Shown: positions 55,719-64,000 of the stretch, piece by piece
How positions within the stretch are numbered: position 1 is the stretch's first letter
How the letters are laid out: each line of letters opens with the position of its first letter
DNA from: Naegleria gruberi
Taxonomy: Eukaryota
Strand: one strand, 5' to 3'
Length of the DNA: 64,000 bases
Assembly: GCA_000004985.1 (NCBI GenBank)
Contig: GG738850.1
Program-made: the position numbers and the translations under genes
Notes under the pieces: model-generated
The model's input: the letters and a program-made list of their open reading frames with translations, nothing else
The model's database searches: none
What the model was told of the DNA's origin: nothing

Positions 55719-56891
55719 TTATTTCCATCGTTTAATTTGTGAAATTTCTTTAGAACATATTGGACAGTTCACAATATGCTCACTCGAATCGTTCAATAAT
55801 GCACTTTGAATACAGTAATAGCAAAATCGATGTTTACAATCCCCATCATGACTTGTGAATGGAATAAGTATTGGGTTACTGTTACAATATGGACATTCAT
55901 CATTCAGTTTGTCAACATCTACACCGTCCTGACTAGTCAAATTCTTTGCAATAATACTTGCTGTGGAATTTGGTGTACTTTCTCCAAGATGGAAAATTTG
56001 TGATTTGATTGTCAAATAGAATTTTCTGTACAAGAATGTAAAAAGCTTTTTGAAATTGATAAGGGGAGCAATAAATAATATTGTCTCTGCTAACCCATTC
56101 CAAATTAATTCAGTATTCATGTAATCAAAAGATAATTGTCTTATCATAAACCTAGTGGCATAAACCTTTCTCCAATTAAAAACTCTATCTATTACAGACT
56201 TGTACTTTCCCTGGTAGAGGAAAATTACAAAGTTTATAAATTCCAATAATTTGTAATAATATTCAAATTTTTTCAAATAATTAAATGATTCTCTTTTAGA
56301 TAATCGTTCAAATAAATATGGAATACCTATACAAGAAAGTCCATATATTACTTTCGAAATTGTTGATGGATTTTTTAAATTGACTGTATTATATTTTAAA
56401 TTCTGTATTCCATCACCAAAAGATTGATTATTATCAAAAATTGAATATTTGTATATAAATATTCTAATAAATAACATTATTTCCGGTTCATAATTTTCAA
56501 CACTATTAAAATGTTTAAATACTCTTTTAAAATAGCCTTTTAAATAATTTTCAATTTCGAAATCTAATCGATCCGAATCCAATTGATTAACTTTTAAAAT
56601 TTTAATATCATTCAACATGTTGTGATGATGTAAAGATGATGATCCATTCCTCTGATGACTTAAATATTCTTTCAAATTAAAGTATTGTTCCGATTCTGAT
56701 TGATTACTTGAAGCATGATCCAAGCCTTCGTTCCCTTCCATCATTGATGAATTCCCATTGTATGATACATTACCATCACGTGCTTCACTAACAGATGGGA
56801 ATTCATTCTCTTCACTGTTCACAGGAGAGTTTGTTGCAACACCATTATTGTTATTAATAGCAGACAATGTCGATGGTATTGTAGAAGACAT
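55719..56891 (-). CDS. pex2: Peroxisome biogenesis factor 2 (PEX2): Pex2/Pex12 N-terminal domain plus C3HC4 RING
   Basis: The RING CPYCNSNPILIPFTSHDGDCKHRFCYYCIQSALLNDSSEHIVNCPIC carries the PEX2-typical C-x-H-x-F-C-Y-Y-C core. The ATG at 56891 gives MSSTIPSTL. Confidence 0.7.
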   Translation of the reverse strand: MSSTIPSTLSAINNNNGVATNSPVNSEENEFPSVSEARDGNVSYNGNSSMMEGNEGLDHASSNQSESEQYFNLKEYLSHQRNGSSSLHHHNMLNDIKILKVNQLDSDRLDFEIENYLKGYFKRVFKHFNSVENYEPEIMLFIRIFIYKYSIFDNNQSFGDGIQNLKYNTVNLKNPSTISKVIYGLSCIGIPYLFERLSKRESFNYLKKFEYYYKLLEFINFVIFLYQGKYKSVIDRVFNWRKVYATRFMIRQLSFDYMNTELIWNGLAETILFIAPLINFKKLFTFLYRKFYLTIKSQIFHLGESTPNSTASIIAKNLTSQDGVDVDKLNDECPYCNSNPILIPFTSHDGDCKHRFCYYCIQSALLNDSSEHIVNCPICSKEISQIKRWK

Positions 56892-57037
56892 GGCTCGAAT
56901 TATTTTTAAAGAAGTGAATTGATGAAAAGCAAAAGAGAAAATTCTTAAGAAAAAAAAGGCGCAACTTATCTTCAACTTCGACTTTTTCTCTCCAGCACCC
57001 AACTAATATTGGCCAACTCCCCAGAGAAGAATAAAAA

Positions 57038-59167
57038 ATGTATCCAGGAGGCAACAACGATCCCAACAATGTTGCTAGGATGGCTCAGCTTTTGAAAAAT
57101 CCGCAGTATTTATCCATGTTGGCCAACAAGATGAACACTCCTTTTTTGCAAGGCCAGCCAACTTTGATACATCACCCAACGGCTGGCACTACAATTACTC
57201 CCAATGCTATGGCATTAATTCAATCAGCTGCTCTTCAACAACAACAACAACAACAGCAGGCTAATATTAATGCAACAACAAATGGAGGAGCTAGAATAAT
57301 GCCATCAACAGCTAGTATTATTCCTAATGGTAATGGTGGAGTAAATAATAATAATAATGGAGCAGTTAGTAAATGGCATGACGATTTGAGTAGACATACA
57401 AGACAGGAATTATTCAATACAATAGTAGAGATTAAAACTGGTAAATCGTTTAATGGTGACAAATCATCTATAGACAGCAATTTGAGCAAATCTATTCTTA
57501 ATCAAATCAGTAGGATATGGAAACAAACAAATTCTAAAGAACAATTTGCTCATGAGTTATCACAATGGCTTGCAACTGAAAATACAGGTGTTTCTGAAAC
57601 AGATATTGAAAAGAAATTGTTGGAGCTCATGAACAAACCTGGTCAACAACAAAAACCATCTTCATCTGTGGGGGTTGAAAACTTGTTTGGAATGATGACA
57701 ACAGCTGCATCATCAATAGGTACAAACAGTTCATTCCCAAATATTACAAATCCCATCAATTCAGCCAAAAACCCAACTGGAGGAACAAATACAACAACAG
57801 CCACAAGCACTTCTACTACCACAACAACATCCAACACAAACACTTCCACTACTACTAATACAGCTGTAAATAATACCAATGGTGTAACCACCACTAGTGC
57901 ACCTCCTGTGCCTAGCACCAATCCAACTAATCCACCCATCAAGAAAATTTCTCCACAAGACATTGAAAAGTATTTAGGATTTGCCGATTTCTTAAAGCAA
58001 CACGAGGATATGATTAGACAATACATTAGATCAGTTGCTACGCAGCATGCCGATTTAACTAAACGACTCAAAACTTTTTCAGTACTCTCATCTGAGGAAC
58101 AAAACAAGGTAAAAGCTAGTATGCAAAAGAATCAAATGATTTTAGCAGAATCTAAAGCACTAGATAAGTTACTTTCATTGACTACTAGAGAAGATCGTGT
58201 GAAACTTTTGGAAAATTTAACTCAAAAATCCTTTGCATTTGCAGTTCATATTAAGGATGTTATCGAGAAGAAATTAAAACCTGTCAAAACTGATACTGCT
58301 CAACCTCCAACTGCTACTGCTCCTCCACCTCCACCTACCACTTCAGCAACAGCCACAAATAATACAAGTAGCACAACCGTTTCTTCAGTATCGTCTACAT
58401 CCTCAATCAATAACGCTACTGCTGTTCCTGTTACAAATCAACCTAGTGTTACTCCAACTCCAACTCAATCGGCAAATCAACAAACAGCACCTGCTAGCTC
58501 ATCTAATCCTCCTTCAGCTGTCCCTTCCACAAATCATAAAAAGGAATCTGGTGATGATGGATTTTTCAATTTGAAAAAGATTGGAGAATCTTCTATTATA
58601 ACATTTAATCAAGATTCCTTTTACTCTGCTTTAGGAGAAATGAATATCAAAAATCTAACACATTCTACTAAGAGAAAACTTATACCTGAGTCTACAGAAC
58701 ATGAAAAAGTTCTAAAGAGAGTCAAAACTCCAATCGACATTTTACAAAACAATTTAACTAATTTAATTGAGTTTGATAATGTAATAGAATTTAAAAATAC
58801 AATTAATATCAAACTTATCGAAGATGCTAGATACCAACTCGATTTTATAATTAACCCTATTGAAAAAGGAATTTTGAATTTACCAATTTTAACTTTATGT
58901 GTAATAGTTAATCATAATGAAATAATACCGTATTCTATATCATTTTCTCAAAACTATGCCAATGAGAAGAATTCTATATTTGTAAATATTAGAAAATATT
59001 TTAATAATTTATTGATTGAAAACACAACTAGTTTTATTAATACAAGTGACATGTTGAGCACCCAAAACAACACTTACCACATACAAAGATATAACCTCTC
59101 CTTGAATTGTATTTTAAATAGTTGGATTACCTCAATTAATACCGTTGTAAAAAAAGAATTGCAATAA
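57038..59167 (+). CDS. Gln/Thr/Asn-rich hypothetical protein; weak KIX/Mediator-Med15-like hint near the N-terminus
   Basis: 709-codon ORF with a true ATG in aaaaaATG context. Poly-Q, poly-T and poly-N tracts. AVSKWHDDLSRHTRQELFNTIVEIK...ISRIWK is loosely KIX-like. Confidence 0.45.
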   Translation: MYPGGNNDPNNVARMAQLLKNPQYLSMLANKMNTPFLQGQPTLIHHPTAGTTITPNAMALIQSAALQQQQQQQQANINATTNGGARIMPSTASIIPNGNGGVNNNNNGAVSKWHDDLSRHTRQELFNTIVEIKTGKSFNGDKSSIDSNLSKSILNQISRIWKQTNSKEQFAHELSQWLATENTGVSETDIEKKLLELMNKPGQQQKPSSSVGVENLFGMMTTAASSIGTNSSFPNITNPINSAKNPTGGTNTTTATSTSTTTTTSNTNTSTTTNTAVNNTNGVTTTSAPPVPSTNPTNPPIKKISPQDIEKYLGFADFLKQHEDMIRQYIRSVATQHADLTKRLKTFSVLSSEEQNKVKASMQKNQMILAESKALDKLLSLTTREDRVKLLENLTQKSFAFAVHIKDVIEKKLKPVKTDTAQPPTATAPPPPPTTSATATNNTSSTTVSSVSSTSSINNATAVPVTNQPSVTPTPTQSANQQTAPASSSNPPSAVPSTNHKKESGDDGFFNLKKIGESSIITFNQDSFYSALGEMNIKNLTHSTKRKLIPESTEHEKVLKRVKTPIDILQNNLTNLIEFDNVIEFKNTINIKLIEDARYQLDFIINPIEKGILNLPILTLCVIVNHNEIIPYSISFSQNYANEKNSIFVNIRKYFNNLLIENTTSFINTSDMLSTQNNTYHIQRYNLSLNCILNSWITSINTVVKKELQ

Positions 59168-59345
59168 TTGTAAATAAACATTGCTATGTACATTCAAATA
59201 TTAAAATAACTGACTTTTGTATAACGTGCACTATTCGAAACTTGTCTAAAGCTTTTTCAATAGATTTAGTAATAAGGGGTATCATTAATGGAAATAGATA
59301 TTTGTTTATTACAATTTGGATATCATGTTCAAAAGAAAGATCAAT

Positions 59346-60395
59346 TTATTTGAAATATTTAACAAGTGAATAGCCTAACAAACCTGTTAAACCAACACCT
59401 AATAATGCAGAACCAATCATTTTGCCATAATATTGAACTGGGTGATGATGCTTATAGTCAATGTCATATATTCCAAACCAATTCTCAACCTTGTTAACAA
59501 CAGAGTTGAAATCCTTCCTTGTTCCAATAACTTGAATATCAAACCTATGTTCGAAACCAATCTTTTCATAAATTGGTCTGCCATCCATTGTTGCATGCAA
59601 TACACAATATTTGTAATTATTGAGTAGAGCAATTTCTAAAAGTAGAGTAACCACCAATGAAGCAAAGCCCTGACCCTGATAATCTGGTCTTGTTGTAATG
59701 GAAAATAATGAGGATATTTCCCTTCCCTTAATGAGTTGACCACATGCAACAACTCTTCCATCCTTTTTAACAATGACCCATTCATAAACTTCTGATTTCA
59801 ACACATATTGAGCATATAATTGACTTGCATCTTTTGGTAATTCTTCACCATAGAATGCTTCATAGTAAGTTTCTGCAATTTCAACTGCTTCTTCAGAAGT
59901 ACTCAAAGTTTTAATTACAAAGTCCTTTCCTTGAGCTAGAATAACTCCAGATTCATGTTGAACTTTTTGTAAACTTTCCTCAATAAATCCAAACTCATTT
60001 TTCAACTTTTCCAATATTTTCTCTCTCAATTTCCTACTCTCCATCAAATCACAAATCATTCCAGTACTAACTTCAATCCAACTAATTGGCATCTTGTCAA
60101 AAATTGTTTTTTGCAATCTATCAAACTTTTGTGTCCTATTTTTCGAATCATACATTGGAATAAATAAATAAACAGGTACACCATCCGATTGTTCCCGAAC
60201 AGTTTCCATAAATTGTAAGCTATTTTCACTCCTGGTAACATAGAAAAGTTCAGGTGCTGGCAATTTTTTCAGTATTTCCTTCTTAAATCCTGGCATGCTT
60301 GTATTCTCATTCTCATACAGGTCAAAAACAGAGGGAAAACCTTTAACAAGTGCTGTGTTATAATCAAAGAGTCCATCAATGATGAGTTTGTTCAT
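59346..60395 (-). CDS. GNAT-family N-acetyltransferase with a C-terminal hydrophobic anchor
   Basis: VACGQLIKGREISSLFSITTRPDYQGQGFASLVVTLLLEIALLNNYKYCVLHATMDGRPIYEKIGFE matches GNAT motifs A/B (Q-x-x-G-x-G/A). Confidence 0.6.
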   Translation of the reverse strand: MNKLIIDGLFDYNTALVKGFPSVFDLYENENTSMPGFKKEILKKLPAPELFYVTRSENSLQFMETVREQSDGVPVYLFIPMYDSKNRTQKFDRLQKTIFDKMPISWIEVSTGMICDLMESRKLREKILEKLKNEFGFIEESLQKVQHESGVILAQGKDFVIKTLSTSEEAVEIAETYYEAFYGEELPKDASQLYAQYVLKSEVYEWVIVKKDGRVVACGQLIKGREISSLFSITTRPDYQGQGFASLVVTLLLEIALLNNYKYCVLHATMDGRPIYEKIGFEHRFDIQVIGTRKDFNSVVNKVENWFGIYDIDYKHHHPVQYYGKMIGSALLGVGLTGLLGYSLVKYFK

Positions 60396-60697
60396 TTTTT
60401 TTGTGGAAGTAAAAGAAAATTCATTATTTTTTCACACAACAAAGAATTAAATAATTATTGAGAGAAAATTGTAGATTATTGAATGAATTTATTGTCAATA
60501 AATTCGAAAGAAAGTAAATTGGTAATGACAAGGTTGGATAATTTAGATAATGATATCAAACTCTACTTTTGAAAAAAAGATTTCACATGATGAACTTTAC
60601 ACACCATGATTTCACCTCAACTCTTATTACACTTAAATCAATTTGACCAACATCAATCAATTGTCAACTATTTGATAGCCAAATAACAATAAAAAAA

Positions 60698-61306
60698 ATG
60701 AGTGAACAAACAACACCACAAATTTCCAACAGAAGAAGAAGAAAGCAACAACAAGAAGATGCAGCAATCACTACACCATCTTCACCTCAACACACACCAG
60801 TTGACACACCATCCTCACCAATCAATGCCTCCAACATTCCAACACAAGTCGAACAAAAAGATATCAAAAAACTCTGTGAAGAATTACAAAATAACAATCC
60901 ACTGATTACCACTGTTGATTTGAGTCATCAAATTCTCTCAGTGAATGATATTGCTCTCCTATTGGATGCTCTAACAAAGAATCACTATGTAGTAACTGTG
61001 GATATGACTGCATGTGGTATTATTGATCAGGCTGCTGAGTTTATTGGTGAATTTATTGGTATGAATCATAAGAGTATTAGACATTTGTATTTGGATTTGA
61101 ATCCATTCTCTGATGAAAATGCAATTCTCTCAATTTTGGATGGTTTACAGGAAAATCATCAAATTGTGGATATGACTTTGAATGAAAGTCTTTTACCTCA
61201 AGAACATTTAGATGAAATGGATAGATACTTGTTACGTAATGATGATAGTAATACTACTCTCTTAATATTTTACAAAATATTGATGATTAAAATGATAGGA
61301 AATTAA
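60698..61306 (+). CDS. Small RNI-like leucine-rich-repeat protein
   Basis: ATG in aaaaaaaaATG context. The sequence NPLITTVDLSHQILSVNDIALLLDALTKNHYVVTVDMTACGIIDQAAEFIGEFIGMNHKSIRHLYLDLNPFSDENAILSIL is LRR-like. Confidence 0.5.
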   Translation: MSEQTTPQISNRRRRKQQQEDAAITTPSSPQHTPVDTPSSPINASNIPTQVEQKDIKKLCEELQNNNPLITTVDLSHQILSVNDIALLLDALTKNHYVVTVDMTACGIIDQAAEFIGEFIGMNHKSIRHLYLDLNPFSDENAILSILDGLQENHQIVDMTLNESLLPQEHLDEMDRYLLRNDDSNTTLLIFYKILMIKMIGN

Positions 61307-61609
61307 TTTCCTTTTTTTAATTATTATTGTCTCTTGTCAATTTACAACAACAACTCGACGATCTTCCTATTTGATGATGCTTGTGAATGTTGTTTAATAG
61401 TCAATAATAACACGATTAAATATTTTTGTAAATTTTAAATAACACAAAAACTTTTGTTTCTCTCAAAATAAAATTTAAGCAAAAAAAATACATCAAAGGC
61501 TTTTTCCTTGCCGTTTAAAACTGATTACAAGCGTTTGAGTTTACAAGTATATAAATAATTTAAATCCACCAAATAATTAACAACCTTAAACATTCATCGG
61601 ATCAGAGAG

Positions 61610-63202
61610 ATGGAGTTTCTCAAAAGAAAGTTTGATGCTCTTGCTGATTATTTTGATGAATGGAAATTTAGAATATTATTCTTTTTTGATGAGGATATTT
61701 ATGATTACCTTTCAGAAAATGTCTTGTTTTTAATTTTTATATTATTACCAAATATTTTGGTATTAGTGTGTACTTTTAATATTTGGCCATTCAAGCCAAT
61801 GTATACATTTATATTATTATTTTTATTTAGTGTATATAATAGTATTGTCTTTTTTGAAAGAAAGAGGACTTATCAAATATTTAATTCAAATATTAATGAA
61901 TTGGATAATCTCTATTCTATTAATAAGAAGGATGAAACTAATTTTACTCGTGGTAATTTTTTTAATGAGAGGCCAAGACCTGGAATTCCAAATTTCAGAA
62001 AATCTGTACATCCCTTACTTGGTGCTCGATATGAAAAGGAACACCAAAAACCATTTATTCTTATTAGATTATTTAAAATGATTTTGGGAATTTTGGAAAT
62101 TGTCTTTCATTTTCTAACTGTTGGAGCTCTCAGAAACAAACGTGTGAGGAAGAGCAGATTATTTAAGGAGAGGGAAAAGGTCAATAGAATGACCTACTCA
62201 GAAAAGAAGAGACAGGAGGAAATTGATAATAGACCTGCCAATATGACTACATATTATGACGATATGGTAAGTTGTCTCAAGAAATTTACAATAACCAATT
62301 CAATTAAGGGACCCAAAATTGAGCCACAAGCCTCTGCACCTACTCATGAATCTGAAAATAATATCTATGAAATTGAAATGTGGGAATACTCTCAGTATGA
62401 CAGAGTGTTGGTGACCTACTTTTCTCCAATTCAAGTCTTGTTCATGTTTGCCATTTACTGTTTTGTAACTGGTAATTCCTCTACTATTATACTTACAAAA
62501 GCTGTACTTGTTCTATGTGTATATGTACAGTCTATTTTCTTAGATAGAATTATGATTAATTTGGAAAAGAAAGAATCTGATAAGAAAATTATTTATGCTC
62601 AAGCTCAAAAAGAACAAATTGAGTTTAATAACAGATTTAATCAGGTCAAGAATCAATATTTGACCAATATTATTAGGGAAAATAATATAAATATATCATT
62701 ACCAACTGATTACCATCCATTACATATTGTTGGTAATTCTATATTAAGCAATTCTAACAATGGAAATAATACAGATGAAATTATTGAAGAGGATGAAATA
62801 ATTATAGAAGATAGAAATCCAAATCAAAACAAACAAGCACACCAAACCACTAGGAGAGAAGAAATAAGGACAGATAGATTTCTGGTACCATCATCCTCAA
62901 GGCAATCAAATTCAAATCCAACCAACTCAACCACTAACAAGATGCAACTAATTGTCAATCCCAGCGAAACCTCAATTTTTGAGTCAAGAAATGAGCATAG
63001 CAGAGTAAGGGAAGAAATAAGGCAACAAAACCTCCTAGATATGGATTTGGATGAAAGTAGAAGAAACGATAATAGAAAACAACCAACTGTAAGTTCATCC
63101 ACAACTTCATCATCAGTTGATGAGGAAAACCAAAAAAAAAGAAAAGAAAATGAAGGAAATATCTTCCAAAAACACACCAGAAAAAAGGTAAAGCATGATT
63201 AA
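61610..63202 (+). CDS. Hypothetical multi-pass membrane protein with a basic/Asn-rich tail; probable 42-nt GTAAGT intron at 62267..62308
   Basis: 530-codon ORF. The consensus GTAAGT...TTAAG segment is 3n and stop-free, so the track ORF reads through it. Confidence 0.45.
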   Translation: MEFLKRKFDALADYFDEWKFRILFFFDEDIYDYLSENVLFLIFILLPNILVLVCTFNIWPFKPMYTFILLFLFSVYNSIVFFERKRTYQIFNSNINELDNLYSINKKDETNFTRGNFFNERPRPGIPNFRKSVHPLLGARYEKEHQKPFILIRLFKMILGILEIVFHFLTVGALRNKRVRKSRLFKEREKVNRMTYSEKKRQEEIDNRPANMTTYYDDMVSCLKKFTITNSIKGPKIEPQASAPTHESENNIYEIEMWEYSQYDRVLVTYFSPIQVLFMFAIYCFVTGNSSTIILTKAVLVLCVYVQSIFLDRIMINLEKKESDKKIIYAQAQKEQIEFNNRFNQVKNQYLTNIIRENNINISLPTDYHPLHIVGNSILSNSNNGNNTDEIIEEDEIIIEDRNPNQNKQAHQTTRREEIRTDRFLVPSSSRQSNSNPTNSTTNKMQLIVNPSETSIFESRNEHSRVREEIRQQNLLDMDLDESRRNDNRKQPTVSSSTTSSSVDEENQKKRKENEGNIFQKHTRKKVKHD

Positions 63203-63217
63203 AATAATTCAAAATGA

Positions 63218-63986
63218 TTAATTTGTTACAATATTTTGATACTTTTTCAATTCAGTATGCTTAGGTTTGTATAAAACAACAGTACAAAACTTGTCCTTGT
63301 ATCTTTGAGTGACACCAACCTTATTCATGTTATCTCTTTCAGCAAAGTAAGCATGGTTAACAGTGACGTGAAGTGGAATTGGTAAAAGACCTGGATCATA
63401 GTGGAATCTCTTGCTACTATTTAATGGAGTGTAACGCAAGTGAGGAGGTAAAATTGGTGGGTTTTTCTTATTTTCTGGGAAGATTTCTTCTTGATATCCA
63501 TATACATTACTATATTGTTTGGCTTCGCCATCCTTAGCTTCAGTTTTTTCATTTTCCTTTGTGTGATGAGCTGTTGTAGTGTGTGGTTGATGATGTGGTT
63601 GTTTTACAGTTGGAGAAACCTCATGAGTTGGAGAAGTATGAGATTGATGATGTGGTTGTTGTTGACCTCCGTAGGCACCAACACCAACTGGTTGTGGAAC
63701 ACTAGTGGTGGCTCTTCTTGGTGGAGAAGAAGCAGGAACACCAACGTGAGATTTAATTTCATGTTGTCTATTATTTCCTCCAATAACAATTGGTGATGAA
63801 GTTGTGTGATGATGATTTGATGACGATGATGAATTTGATGAAACATCTTCTTCATCTTCCTCTTCTTCTTCTACTTCCTCACTTTCTTCATCAGCTGTTA
63901 TTTCAACAACATTACTCAAATAGCCATGTTCATCCTTCTCAGTAGGTGAATTCAAATCAGTTGTATATTCTCCATCAACAATAAAC
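63218..63986 (-). CDS. AMPK/SNF1 beta subunit, 3' terminal exon (partial gene; upstream exons lie beyond position 64000)
   Basis: The C-terminal ASC domain VNHAYFAERDNMNKVGVTQRYKDKFCTVVLYKP matches the beta-subunit consensus (LNHLYALSIKD...THRYKKKYVTTLLYKP). The upstream part FIVDGEYTTD is the end of a CBM48 domain. The ORF opens just after an ..aaaatag acceptor near 63987. Confidence 0.65.
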
Positions 63987-64000
63987 TATTTTCATCAATA

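Noticed and set aside
1-64000. Prokaryotic-style interpretation (operons, CRISPR, RBS-driven starts)
   Set aside because: The evidence shows a eukaryotic nuclear origin: multiple GT-AG introns that restore frame, intron-containing tRNA, eukaryotic initiator tRNA features, 5S with Pol III T-run, and poly-N/Q proteins. The periodic repeats at 24.9-25.4 kb are coding LRR units, not CRISPR spacers.

Overview
This window is AT-rich (about 30% GC) eukaryotic nuclear DNA, and the six-frame 'M' starts are often non-ATG (TTG/GTG/CTG), so I re-derived true ATGs where I could. It is gene-dense: about 40 protein-coding genes on both strands, 4 tRNA genes and a 5S rRNA gene, with no prokaryotic features. 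Proteins carry long Asn/Gln/Thr/Ser homopolymer tracts. Start codons sit in A-rich contexts (aaaaaATG). Spliceosomal introns are short, 40-120 nt, with GTAAGT, GTATGT, GTACGT or GTAGGT donors and AG acceptors. These signatures fit best with an amoebozoan, dictyostelid-like genome, though less AT-extreme than D. discoideum. I cannot assign a species.

Recognisable housekeeping genes:
- FxFG nucleoporin (partial)
- Zn-ribbon SDR oxidoreductase
- RWP-RK transcription factor
- adenosine deaminase (6 exons)
- mitochondrial ribosomal protein L21
- Mot1/BTAF1
- COG4
- CPSF30
- SCAR/WAVE
- CTL-type choline transporter
- a 3-RRM RNA-binding protein
- PEX2
- a GNAT acetyltransferase
- an AMPK beta subunit (partial)

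Observations worth a second look:
1. A roughly 12-kb block (16.7-29.1 kb) bounded by tRNA genes carries three F-box genes, two atypical kinase paralogs (one decayed), a secreted Cys-rich protein and a coiled-coil protein. Its genes lack the homopolymer tracts seen elsewhere, and its non-coding DNA is more GC-rich.
2. A Pol III cluster holds a 5S rRNA gene and two identical tRNA-Gly(GCC) copies flanking a Ser/Thr-rich GPI-anchored surface-protein gene.
3. A class-II tRNA-like gene contains an intron, but its anticodon arm cannot be fitted to a canonical fold.
4. An in-frame TGA lies inside an apparent 42-nt GTAGGT intron.
5. The mitochondrial L21 gene shows a frame discontinuity that no intron explains.
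6. Two convergent genes have stop codons only one nucleotide apart.
7. The adenosine deaminase introns are built almost entirely from one AATATTTAAT-type repeat.
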